Shown here piece by piece: positions 9,495 through 17,746 of a stretch of DNA of 43,723 nt (the stretch's first letter is position 1; each line of letters starts with the position of its first letter). Origin of the DNA: Spirochaetota bacterium. GTDB taxonomy: Bacteria > Spirochaetota > UBA4802 > JAGODF01. The notes under the pieces were generated by a model. That model saw only the letters and a program-made list of their open reading frames with translations, did not search any database and was not told the origin of the DNA. A program made the position numbers and the translations under genes. Location: NCBI GenBank assembly GCA_017998375.1, contig JAGODF010000002.1, positions 1-43,723 on the forward strand. Reading direction: 5' to 3'.

Positions 9495-10253
9495 TTACTT
9501 GTCCTTTTGCCGCTCGCTCGATTCGTAGATCCTGTTCTGGTTGTCCACCATGTCCTTCTTGTACTCGTCCGGGATGGCGTACTTTTTCGATTCCTTCTCG
9601 TAGAACTCGGCGTCGGACTTCTTTCCCATGTACTGGGCCTCCTTCCTCCTTTCCTCGAACTGGCCGTTGAGGACCTTGTACACGTAGAAGTTCTTTTCCT
9701 TCGCGCGCCTGTAGAAATAAATCGAATCTATCGGCCGGTTCCGCACCAGGAGGTCGTTCGCCTTGTTCAGGCTGAAGCCCCCGTCCCTGATCGCCTCGTC
9801 GGCCTGCGGATGCGTGTCCAGCCTCCTGCTGCTCATGGCAAGCCGGAACGACGCCTTGGTCTTCATCTTGATCGTCTTCTGCATCAGGTCCTCGGCTGAC
9901 GTTTTGTATTTCCGCGCGATCGAGTCGGCCGTCTTGTTGATGTTCCTCTCGTTCTCGGTGAACTTGTTCGCCGACAGCACGTACTCGTTCCTGAAATACA
10001 GGGAGCTCGCCTCCGCGTACTCGTCGACCAGCTTGTCAAACTCATCTTCGCCGCCGCCGAAGTTCACGATCGCCGCGTTCAGGAGCTTGATGTTCCTGAA
10101 ATTTTCATAACTCAAACGGAGGATGACGGGAAGGGGCTGATACAGCTCGTTGAACGATTTTTTGGGTTCTTTCTGTTCGCCCTGCTGGGCAAAGCCCTGG
10201 AATCCAGTGACAAGCGCGAGGACCAGTATGATGATGGGGACTATCCGTGTCAT
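9495..10253 (-). CDS. hypothetical secreted helical protein (paralogue B)
   Basis: 252-aa ORF with signal peptide MTRIVPIIILVLALVTGFQGFAQQ. Charged, helix-prone sequence with no catalytic motif recognised. Confidence 0.6.
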   Translation of the reverse strand: MTRIVPIIILVLALVTGFQGFAQQGEQKEPKKSFNELYQPLPVILRLSYENFRNIKLLNAAIVNFGGGEDEFDKLVDEYAEASSLYFRNEYVLSANKFTENERNINKTADSIARKYKTSAEDLMQKTIKMKTKASFRLAMSSRRLDTHPQADEAIRDGGFSLNKANDLLVRNRPIDSIYFYRRAKEKNFYVYKVLNGQFEERRKEAQYMGKKSDAEFYEKESKKYAIPDEYKKDMVDNQNRIYESSERQKDK

Positions 10254-10412
10254 AATTCTCGCTCCTTAAATAAATGTGCCCGCGACAGACGACAAAGGCA
10301 CCGGAAGGCAGAGGACAGACCACCGCAGTCCGGCCTCGCATCTTAATATATCGGGCTGAATATTGAATAAGTCAAGTAAAATACGCCCTTCCGGGTCCGT
10401 CCAGCCCGGTTC

Positions 10413-11216
10413 CTACGTCGCCTCCGTTCCCCCGGGGCGAAATCCCTCAATATCCACGGTCACGCGCGAAAATCCGGCGGCCTTGAGTGCCCTCGTGATT
10501 TCCGTCCTTCTTTCATCATCATTTATGAGCGTTTTCACAGATTCAACCGGAAGCTCCACTCGCGCCATCCCCCCGTGACAGCGGACACGGACAGGATCGA
10601 AGCCCATCCCCCGGAGCGCCTCCTCCCCGGCATCGATCATCTCCAGCAGCTCGGGCCGTATTTCAGTTCCTTGCTCGATCCTGGTGGCAAGGCAGGAGTT
10701 CGGGTGCCGGAAAGGGATTTCGATACCCAGGTGACCGGCGGCTTCCAGGATGAGTTCCTTGGTGAATCCCGCGAGAAGGAGGGGCGATATCACCCCGAGC
10801 TCCTCCAGGGCCTTTCTCCCGGGTCGGTGCTCGCGCGTATCCGACACGTTCGATCCGTCAGCCACCGTGCCGAATCCGGCTTTCACCGCGTGGTCCAGTA
10901 TCCGGGCGCATATCGTCTTCTTGCAGTGATAACAGCGGTCCTTTCCGTTTCTCACGATGTCTGGCACGGCGAGTATGTTCAGCTCGATACTATCATGCCG
11001 TATCCCTGCCTTCCGCGCGAGTTCCGTGAACGCCTCCAGTTCGCGCCGTATGGAAAACTGCGACCTGACGGAAACCGCCATCATCCTCTTCCCGAGGACG
11101 GAACCGGCGACCAGCGCCAGGAAGGTGGAGTCCATGCCCCCCGACACTGCAACGGCGAGTCCCGGGATGGACCCGAGTATTTCCTTCAGGCGTGAAATAT
11201 GTTTGACTGCATCCAT
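10413..11216 (-). CDS. larE: PP-loop ATP-utilising enzyme, LarE-like sulfur transferase family
   Basis: ORF 10413-11828 trimmed to Met 11216 (MDAVKHISRLKE). PP-loop motif VAVSGGMDS and a conserved Cys in NSCLATR. The upstream 204 codons overlap surE antisense and look spurious. Confidence 0.7.
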   Translation of the reverse strand: MDAVKHISRLKEILGSIPGLAVAVSGGMDSTFLALVAGSVLGKRMMAVSVRSQFSIRRELEAFTELARKAGIRHDSIELNILAVPDIVRNGKDRCYHCKKTICARILDHAVKAGFGTVADGSNVSDTREHRPGRKALEELGVISPLLLAGFTKELILEAAGHLGIEIPFRHPNSCLATRIEQGTEIRPELLEMIDAGEEALRGMGFDPVRVRCHGGMARVELPVESVKTLINDDERRTEITRALKAAGFSRVTVDIEGFRPGGTEAT

Positions 11217-11342
11217 GCGTCCACCCAGAATAATTACATCACAGGCTTCAAGCGCGCCGCCATGCCGGTGTAATAGTACGCAAGGCGCACGTTTATTACA
11301 AGAACATATCGAACGGGAAGACCCCCGGGATATCTTTTTAAT

Positions 11343-12071
11343 ATGAACATACTGCTCACGAACGATGACGGGATAGACGCCGAGGGGATGAACGTTCTCT
11401 TCGACGTTCTCTCGGAGGTTCACGACGTCTGCATCGTGGCCCCCGCCGAGGAGAGGAGCGCCTGTTCCAACACCATTACCATCCGCTCCAGCATGCACCT
11501 GGAAAAACTGGGGGACAGGCGGTACGCGCTGGACGGGTTCACCGCCGACTGCGTGAACGTGGGCATCAACTCCGGCTTCATGCCCGTTCCGGACCTGGTG
11601 ATTTCCGGCATCAACCACGGCCCCAACCTGGCCGACGACGTCTACTTTTCGGGTACCGTTGCCGGGGCCCGGACCGCCTTCATTTTCGGCGTGTCGGGAA
11701 TCGCCGTCTCGCTCGACTGCCTCGTGTCCTCCACCTACTTCACTGACGCCGCGCGCTTCATCCGGGGATTCATCGCCGATATCAGCCGCCACCTGGGCAC
11801 CCGGCTCTATTTCTACAACATCAACCATCCCGACCTGCCGCCGGGCGACATCGCCGGGGTGAAGTACACGAAGCTGGGAAGGAGGCGCTATAACGACTCG
11901 TACCGGGTCCTCGGCGAGAACGGCTCCGGAAAGGAGATCCAGCTCATGGGTACCATCGAGTCACCGGAACTGGAAGGGAGCGACGTGACCGAGCTCCGGA
12001 AGGGATACATCTCGGTGACGCCGCTGACCCTGGACTGCACCAACCACGAATTTCTGCGGATAATGAGGTGA
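11343..12071 (+). CDS. surE: 5'/3'-nucleotidase SurE
   Basis: MNILLTNDDGIDAEG N-terminus (the NDDG metal-binding motif), SGINHGPNL, YSGTVAGA. Typical length of 242 aa. Confidence 0.9.
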   Translation: MNILLTNDDGIDAEGMNVLFDVLSEVHDVCIVAPAEERSACSNTITIRSSMHLEKLGDRRYALDGFTADCVNVGINSGFMPVPDLVISGINHGPNLADDVYFSGTVAGARTAFIFGVSGIAVSLDCLVSSTYFTDAARFIRGFIADISRHLGTRLYFYNINHPDLPPGDIAGVKYTKLGRRRYNDSYRVLGENGSGKEIQLMGTIESPELEGSDVTELRKGYISVTPLTLDCTNHEFLRIMR

Positions 12072-12078
12072 ACGCAAC

Positions 12079-12780
12079 ATGACAGAAGTCGACATCAACG
12101 TCCGCATCAGGAAATTCCTGTCCTCCGCGCTCCGCGATATCGGCGCCGGGAACTACGACGGCGCCATAGAGCACCTCCGCGCCGCCGAGGTGCTGGACCC
12201 GGAAAACCCGGAGACACTTTTCAACCTGGGGATATCGTACTGCCGTAAGGAGATGTTCCTCGAAGCGATCGACCTGTTCTCAAAGGTCATCGCGCTGCCC
12301 CGCTCCTCGGTGGACATTCTCACCGTGCTGAAGCTCATATCATACTGCCTCGTGCGCCTCGAGTCGTACGAACAGGCCCTCGTCCACGCCGGGGAGGGAC
12401 TCTCCCTCATGCCCGACGATACCGTGCTCCTCAACCTCGCCGGCTTCGCGAACGAAAAGCTGGACAGGGTTCCCCAGGCGCTTGCGCATTACCGGAAGAT
12501 ACTGGAGATAGACCCGGACAACGCCAACGCGCGCAACTCACTGGCGTACATCATGGCCTGGACCGGCACCGACCTCTCCGCCGCGCTGGAGCACGCGAAG
12601 GCGGCGCTGAAAGCGTCGCCGGAGAACCCCGCCTACCTGGACACCCTGGGCGTCGTCTACCTGAAAAAGGGGAATCCGGACCAGGCGCGCCAGCACCTCA
12701 AAAAGGCTCTCTCCCTCATGCCGGAATCGCGTGAGATAAAAAACCACATCAACATGCTTTTGAAAATTCAGGGTAAGTGA
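12079..12780 (+). CDS. TPR-repeat protein
   Basis: Successive 34-residue TPR-like units (e.g. ETLFNLGISYCRKEMFLEAIDLFSKVIAL, ARNSLAYIMAWTG, AYLDTLGVVYLKKGNPDQARQHLKKALSLMP). Begins 7 nt after the surE stop. Confidence 0.8.
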   Translation: MTEVDINVRIRKFLSSALRDIGAGNYDGAIEHLRAAEVLDPENPETLFNLGISYCRKEMFLEAIDLFSKVIALPRSSVDILTVLKLISYCLVRLESYEQALVHAGEGLSLMPDDTVLLNLAGFANEKLDRVPQALAHYRKILEIDPDNANARNSLAYIMAWTGTDLSAALEHAKAALKASPENPAYLDTLGVVYLKKGNPDQARQHLKKALSLMPESREIKNHINMLLKIQGK

Positions 12781-13686
12781 TCAGAGCATTGCCGCGACCA
12801 GGTCCGCGCACCGGTCAATGCTTTCCTGCACCCGCCGCGCTGTTTCACCGCCGTCGACTTCTCTGATGGACGCGCGCTCCAGGGCGCTTCGCAGTTTCTC
12901 CGTCGCGGACGTGTCATCCAGGTCACCGAACACGCCCAGGTTCGTCAGATCTTTTTTATGACTGATACAATCCGCCAGCCCGGAATGGTATGCCGTGGGA
13001 TTGACCGCAACCACGCCGCAGCCGGACACCGAGGCCTCGTACAGGAACAGCCCGAAATGCGTAACGGCCACCCGGGACGAGAGGAGTATTTCCGCGTAGC
13101 CCGCGCGCGCGGGTTCCACTTCGCCCCGCCCGTCGCGAAAAAGCGGCGCGCCCCTTCCCAGGAGATACCAGCTCGCGCCGACGGGCAGGAGCGACAGGAG
13201 CTTCTCCGCGCCCGCGTCGTCCGGAACAGCGCCGGCGTACACGACAAAATCGACCGATTTTTTCACGATGCGCCCGTCCAGCGACTTGAGTGACTGGAGA
13301 AAATTACAGCCGTAGATGAAGCTCCCGGCCACGGCCTTCACGCCGGGCGGATCCGGATGCGGCAGGATGTCCAGCACATGATCGGCGAGCTCCCTTCCCG
13401 GACCGCGGTCGTCGATCACACACACCGGCGCGATGCTCCGCAGAACGGAAACCTGCTCTTCTGTGGAATCGCGCATGTCTCGCAGGATGAGGCGCGTTTC
13501 CCCGACTTCGCGCCGCTCGTGCCGGTGCGCTTCCGACGGCACTTCACCCACCCGGGGGTGTATCACCATCATGACGTCGAGGCCATGCGCGTCACGGAGC
13601 CTCGACAGGAGCGACGCCATTCTCTGGACATGCCCCTGCCCCAGGCCCGGCCCCATGCCGGTGACGATGGTGACGTCGGCGCTCAC
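12781..13686 (-). CDS. PseG/SpsG-like (GT28 C-terminal fold) UDP-sugar hydrolase/glycosyltransferase family protein
   Basis: N-terminal GMGPGLGQGHVQRMASLL (the GxGxGHxxR pattern of PseG/SpsG). GTG start at 13686 overlaps the upstream stop by 4 nt. Family assignment is by motif only. Confidence 0.5.
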   Translation of the reverse strand: MSADVTIVTGMGPGLGQGHVQRMASLLSRLRDAHGLDVMMVIHPRVGEVPSEAHRHERREVGETRLILRDMRDSTEEQVSVLRSIAPVCVIDDRGPGRELADHVLDILPHPDPPGVKAVAGSFIYGCNFLQSLKSLDGRIVKKSVDFVVYAGAVPDDAGAEKLLSLLPVGASWYLLGRGAPLFRDGRGEVEPARAGYAEILLSSRVAVTHFGLFLYEASVSGCGVVAVNPTAYHSGLADCISHKKDLTNLGVFGDLDDTSATEKLRSALERASIREVDGGETARRVQESIDRCADLVAAML

Positions 13687-14444
13687 TTCTCCCCCGGCCG
13701 CTTCGCCGAGTGGGTCATGGCGCGCTGCTCCACGTGGCGGTTGATATCGGCCAGCTCCGGGTGCGCGTCGACGTACGCGAGGACATCAGCCAGGGGGAAG
13801 GGCTTCCCCCGGTACAGCGCATCGTAGAGAATCCCCGCCAGGCGATAGTCCTCCTCCGTGTCAACCGTGAGGCGCAGTGCACGGTGCCGCTCCTTCATGC
13901 CGGAGTCGAACCGCGCGATCTTGAAACGCCCGGGATTTTCCTTGATGAAGGGGCTCACGTGCTCCCGGTGATGGGGGCGCGTCCCCTCCCGGAAGGCCGC
14001 GTCGAGTGAGAAGCGGCTGATCACCTCCACGGAAGTACCCAGGGGGAGCCCTTCGGGGGCGCAGATATCGGCCTGCAGTGCCACGGCCTTTTTCACCGCC
14101 AGGTCCGCGAAGCCGGTATCCGTGAAGGGATTATCCGCCGTTACGCGCACGATGTAATCGCCGCCGAATTCGTCGGCCGCCCGGTGAAAGCGGTCGAGCA
14201 CGTCGTCCTCGGAACCGGCGAACGACTCCGCTCCGAGTTCCCTCGCTAGTGCGGTGATGGGAAGATTATCGTCCCCCTCGGGAACGGCAACCACCACGGC
14301 ATGCACCGAGGGGACCGCCATCACCCTCTCGATAACGTGGCGCACGAGGGGAATCCCCGCCAGCGGGAGCAGCGCCTTCCCGGGAAGGCGCGTGGAGGCC
14401 ATCCGGGCCTGGATGACGGCTGTTATTCGCGGAGTCGTGGGCAC
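13683..14444 (-). CDS. SpsF/PseF-type cytidylyltransferase (CTP_transf_3 family)
   Basis: ITAVIQARMASTRLPGKALLPL nucleotide-binding signature and VRVTADNPFTD block. 253 aa. Confidence 0.75.
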   Translation of the reverse strand: MPTTPRITAVIQARMASTRLPGKALLPLAGIPLVRHVIERVMAVPSVHAVVVAVPEGDDNLPITALARELGAESFAGSEDDVLDRFHRAADEFGGDYIVRVTADNPFTDTGFADLAVKKAVALQADICAPEGLPLGTSVEVISRFSLDAAFREGTRPHHREHVSPFIKENPGRFKIARFDSGMKERHRALRLTVDTEEDYRLAGILYDALYRGKPFPLADVLAYVDAHPELADINRHVEQRAMTHSAKRPGEK

Positions 14445-14468
14445 GGCGGAACCTCGCAGCCGGATAGA

Positions 14469-15962
14469 TCAGAGATTGAAGGTATACCACTCGTCGCAGG
14501 ACGCGCAGTCGGGGCTCTGCGCGAGCTTCCCGCGGTAGTCGTTCACGAAGTTTTCCCGCGACGCTTTCCAGATTTCGGACAGAGACCCCGTCGCGGCGCT
14601 GCCCCGCCCCCGCTCGCCGTCGACGTCCTGTTTGCAGAACGCCACCGTCCCGTCGGAGAGGATGCTCAGGTCGCGCTGGAGGTGCCAGCAGGGAATCCTC
14701 TCCACCGGCGAGAGGTCGGAGTAGCGCCTGTCCTCGATCCTGCCGAGGAAAGTGTTCTGCTTCTGGAGTATCACCGGCACGCCGATTTTTTCCCAGAAGT
14801 CGTAGTAGGCGTCGAGGAACTTCTCGGTCTCGTTGATCTTCATGACCTGCACGTAGAGGGAGTCCCCGCCGCCCAGCGCCTTTTTCAGTCCCTCCACGTT
14901 CGCCAGCACCTTCGAGAAATGGTCCGCGCCGTGGAGCGCCGCGTAGGTCACCCCGTCCATCCCGTTGACATTCACTATGACGCGGACCCTGCCCCTGCCG
15001 TGCTTCGCGCAGAATTCCGCGAAATTCGCGTCGGCGAGGAGCCCGTTCGTTTCCACGACCAGGGTCCGCACACTCTCGTCGGCGAGGGTCGTCTCCATGA
15101 TCTCGTAGAAATTACCGTGCATCAGAGGCTCGCCGGAGCCGCCGAAACAGACAGAGTACGGCAGGCCGAAGGCCTTCATGTCGCCGAGGATCTTCCGGTA
15201 GACGGGAAGCTCCATGTCGCCGCGCTGTTTCTTGAGGAACTTCCTGTAGCAGAAGACGCAGTCCAGGTCGCAGCGCCCCGTGAGCTCCACCTCCACGTAC
15301 GACGGCGCCGCGTGGAGCGCCCCCGGCGATTGCGCTATCACGTCCTTTATCTCCGCGTAGCGGGGCGCCCTGCCGAGCGCATCAAAAATGCTCTCCATGA
15401 TGCGACGGTCGCGCGGATCGCCGCAGCGGAAGGATATCCTTGTGTCGCGCACGTCCGGATGCGAATAGTAGATCTCCACGTCGAAATGGTGGATGTTCGA
15501 TTTGATCACCTGGGCGAGCGGGAGCGGCTTTTTCTCGCTCTCCGGTATGCTGCCGATGAGCTCACGGGAGACTATCTCGCCGCAGTACCCGGGCGGCACG
15601 TTCTCGGAGTAGGTGTACTCCGGCAGGTACTTCAGGTGCGTGTCGAGCATTTCCGCGATTATCGCGGGATCGAGGAACGGCGAGTCGGCATGGAGCCGCA
15701 CCGCGTGGTCGAAGTCGCTGCCGGCGAAAAACGATTTCCAGAAATCGACGTCACTGCCTTCATCAAGCTCGAGGATTTTTCCCGAAGCAGGCGCCTTCGC
15801 TAGAAAGCCCTTCGGCACGACGAGGATGATTTCATTGATTGCCGGAACGGTCCTGAGACGGGAAGAAAGCTCGTCGGGGAGATACAGCCCGCGGAAGGAG
15901 AGGTCCTCTTCCTTTATGTGTTCGCTGACCTGGAGCACTGCGGCGACTTTCAAGGGGATCAC
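14469..15962 (-). CDS. radical SAM / SPASM-type enzyme with N-terminal degenerate SpsF-like domain (spiro-SPASM-like)
   Basis: Radical SAM cluster motif GRCDLDCVFCY. C-terminal CWHLQRDLSILSDGTVAFC...CASCDEW (CX12GX4C...CX2C). The N-terminal ~200 aa align with gene 13683-14444 but lack its RLPGK signature. GTG start at 15962. Confidence 0.85.
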   Translation of the reverse strand: MIPLKVAAVLQVSEHIKEEDLSFRGLYLPDELSSRLRTVPAINEIILVVPKGFLAKAPASGKILELDEGSDVDFWKSFFAGSDFDHAVRLHADSPFLDPAIIAEMLDTHLKYLPEYTYSENVPPGYCGEIVSRELIGSIPESEKKPLPLAQVIKSNIHHFDVEIYYSHPDVRDTRISFRCGDPRDRRIMESIFDALGRAPRYAEIKDVIAQSPGALHAAPSYVEVELTGRCDLDCVFCYRKFLKKQRGDMELPVYRKILGDMKAFGLPYSVCFGGSGEPLMHGNFYEIMETTLADESVRTLVVETNGLLADANFAEFCAKHGRGRVRVIVNVNGMDGVTYAALHGADHFSKVLANVEGLKKALGGGDSLYVQVMKINETEKFLDAYYDFWEKIGVPVILQKQNTFLGRIEDRRYSDLSPVERIPCWHLQRDLSILSDGTVAFCKQDVDGERGRGSAATGSLSEIWKASRENFVNDYRGKLAQSPDCASCDEWYTFNL

Positions 15963-15980
15963 CTCGCGCGGGCGCCTTTG

Positions 15981-16946
15981 TCACATCACGTAGTCGGCCA
16001 TGTATATTTTCACGTCGGATTCCTTGCGCTTCTGCTCGGCCCACTTCACCATCTGCTCGCCGAGCCTCTCGTTGTAGAGTATGTTGAAGATGATGTCCCT
16101 GATCGACTCGTACTGGACAGTGCGCTTGCCGTTGAACTTCACGATGTGGTAACCGGCGCTGGATTTCACCACCCCGGAGAGCTGCCCCGGCCTGTTCAGC
16201 CCGTAGATCTGCATCGCCAGGATACGGTCGATATCCGTCAGCTTCTCCCATCCCCTGGCGCCGCCGCTGTTTTTCGTGGAGGCGTCCTCGGAATACTGTC
16301 TCGCGGCATTTTCGAAAGACATGCCTCCCCGGACCTTCGCGAGGACAGCGTTCATCTCCCGGTTCACGCGTCTCTCCTCGGCGATGGAATTGTTCCTGAG
16401 CCGCATGAAGATGTGGTGCGTGTTGAACTCGAATCCGACCTTACCGCTGTTTTTCCTGTACCATTCCAGGGCCTGCTGCTCCGACGGCGGAGACACGCCC
16501 ACTGCGATGGACATCACCATCTCCTTGGTCATCGAGCTCCGGATCTGGTCGCGGTACTCGGCGTATGAGATCCGGTCCTTCTTCTCGAGCTTTTCCTTGA
16601 ATTCGGCGTCGCTGGCGATATTGAGGCGCTTCTTCATCTTGTCGACGAAATCGTCGATCTTCTTTTCCGATATGATGATCGATTCCTCCTCGGCTGTCTG
16701 GACAAAGAGTGAATCCTCTATGAACATGTCAAGGACCCTGCTTTTGTGAAACGCCACTTTCCCCGCGGGGATTTTTTTGAACCGCCGCAGCTGGTCCAGC
16801 TTGATGTTCACCTCGCTTTCAACAATGGGCCTGTCGTTCACTACGGCGATCACGCCATCCATCCGTTCCCAGGCGCTGGAATCCGGCGCCATGAGAGCCA
16901 TCATCAGCGCCGCGGCGCCGGTCATCAATCCGGTTCTTTTCATCAT
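15981..16946 (-). CDS. SurA-like periplasmic chaperone / PpiC-type peptidyl-prolyl isomerase
   Basis: Signal peptide MMKRTGLMTGAAALMMALMA. SurA_N-like start (IAVVNDRPIVESEVN). Parvulin-type block SGVVKSSAGYHIVKF. Confidence 0.8.
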   Translation of the reverse strand: MMKRTGLMTGAAALMMALMAPDSSAWERMDGVIAVVNDRPIVESEVNIKLDQLRRFKKIPAGKVAFHKSRVLDMFIEDSLFVQTAEEESIIISEKKIDDFVDKMKKRLNIASDAEFKEKLEKKDRISYAEYRDQIRSSMTKEMVMSIAVGVSPPSEQQALEWYRKNSGKVGFEFNTHHIFMRLRNNSIAEERRVNREMNAVLAKVRGGMSFENAARQYSEDASTKNSGGARGWEKLTDIDRILAMQIYGLNRPGQLSGVVKSSAGYHIVKFNGKRTVQYESIRDIIFNILYNERLGEQMVKWAEQKRKESDVKIYMADYVM

Positions 16947-17746
16947 ACCCTGCTGTCTATTACCATTTTACTGATGCCCGCCCCGCTCTCGCCGAAAAAA
17001 ATCTCCTTGAGGCGCTGGAGCGTGTCGGTAATGTCCGACGCGTAGAGCTCAACGACACCATCTTTCCCAAAATTTTCAAGGTTTTTTTCTGCGAGGATGC
17101 GCTTTATCTCCTGTGCGACCTCGAACCCTGAATCGACGAGCACCATGTCGGGATAGACGTCGTTGATGGCCTTTTTCAGGAGAGGGAAGTGCGTGCACCC
17201 CAGGACGAGTGTCCTCACGCCTTCATCGTACAGTTCCTGGAGATACTTTCCTGCCGCCAGGCGCGTGATCTCATCATCAATCCACCCTTCCTCCGTGAGC
17301 GACACGAAAAGCGTTGCGTGCCTCTGGAGGACCCTGATTGCCGGGTTGATGGCCTTTACCGCCTTCTCGTACGCCAGGCTCTGCACCGTCGCCCGTGTCG
17401 CCACGACACCCACCATGCCGTTGGTCTGGACGCGGCAGGCCGCCCTGGCACCGGCCCCGACCACGCCGATAACCGGAACCGGAAACTCGTGCTGGAGCGT
17501 TTCCAGCGCCACCGCGGACGCCGTGTTGCAGGCCACGACGATCATTTTAACGCCGCGCCCGGTCAGGTACTCGGCGATTTCCCTCGAGTAGCGTAGTATC
17601 GTATCGCGCGACCTTGTTCCATAGGGGAAGCGCGCGGTATCGCCGAAATAGATGAGGTGCTCCCCGGGCAGGATATCCCGGATGGCCTTGCAGACCGTGA
17701 GTCCCCCGACCCCTGAATCGAAGATGCCTATCGGGCTACCGCTCAT
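16943..17746 (-). CDS. murI: glutamate racemase
   Basis: IGIFDSGVGGLTV, VVACNTAS and LGCTHFPLL, which include the two catalytic Cys motifs. Overlaps both neighbours (11 nt and 4 nt). Confidence 0.92.
   Translation of the reverse strand: MSGSPIGIFDSGVGGLTVCKAIRDILPGEHLIYFGDTARFPYGTRSRDTILRYSREIAEYLTGRGVKMIVVACNTASAVALETLQHEFPVPVIGVVGAGARAACRVQTNGMVGVVATRATVQSLAYEKAVKAINPAIRVLQRHATLFVSLTEEGWIDDEITRLAAGKYLQELYDEGVRTLVLGCTHFPLLKKAINDVYPDMVLVDSGFEVAQEIKRILAEKNLENFGKDGVVELYASDITDTLQRLKEIFFGESGAGISKMVIDSRV

Noticed and set aside
11217-11828. N-terminal 204-codon extension of the LarE-like ORF (track ORF 10413-11828).
   Set aside because: The extension overlaps surE on the opposite strand and is Gly/Val/Asp/His-rich junk. 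Homology-like sequence (MDAVKH...SGGMDS) starts at Met 11216.
14301-15803. 500-aa plus-strand ORF antisense to the radical SAM gene.
   Set aside because: Same high-GC antisense artefact. No start context or motifs, and the minus-strand frame carries clear radical SAM/SPASM signatures.
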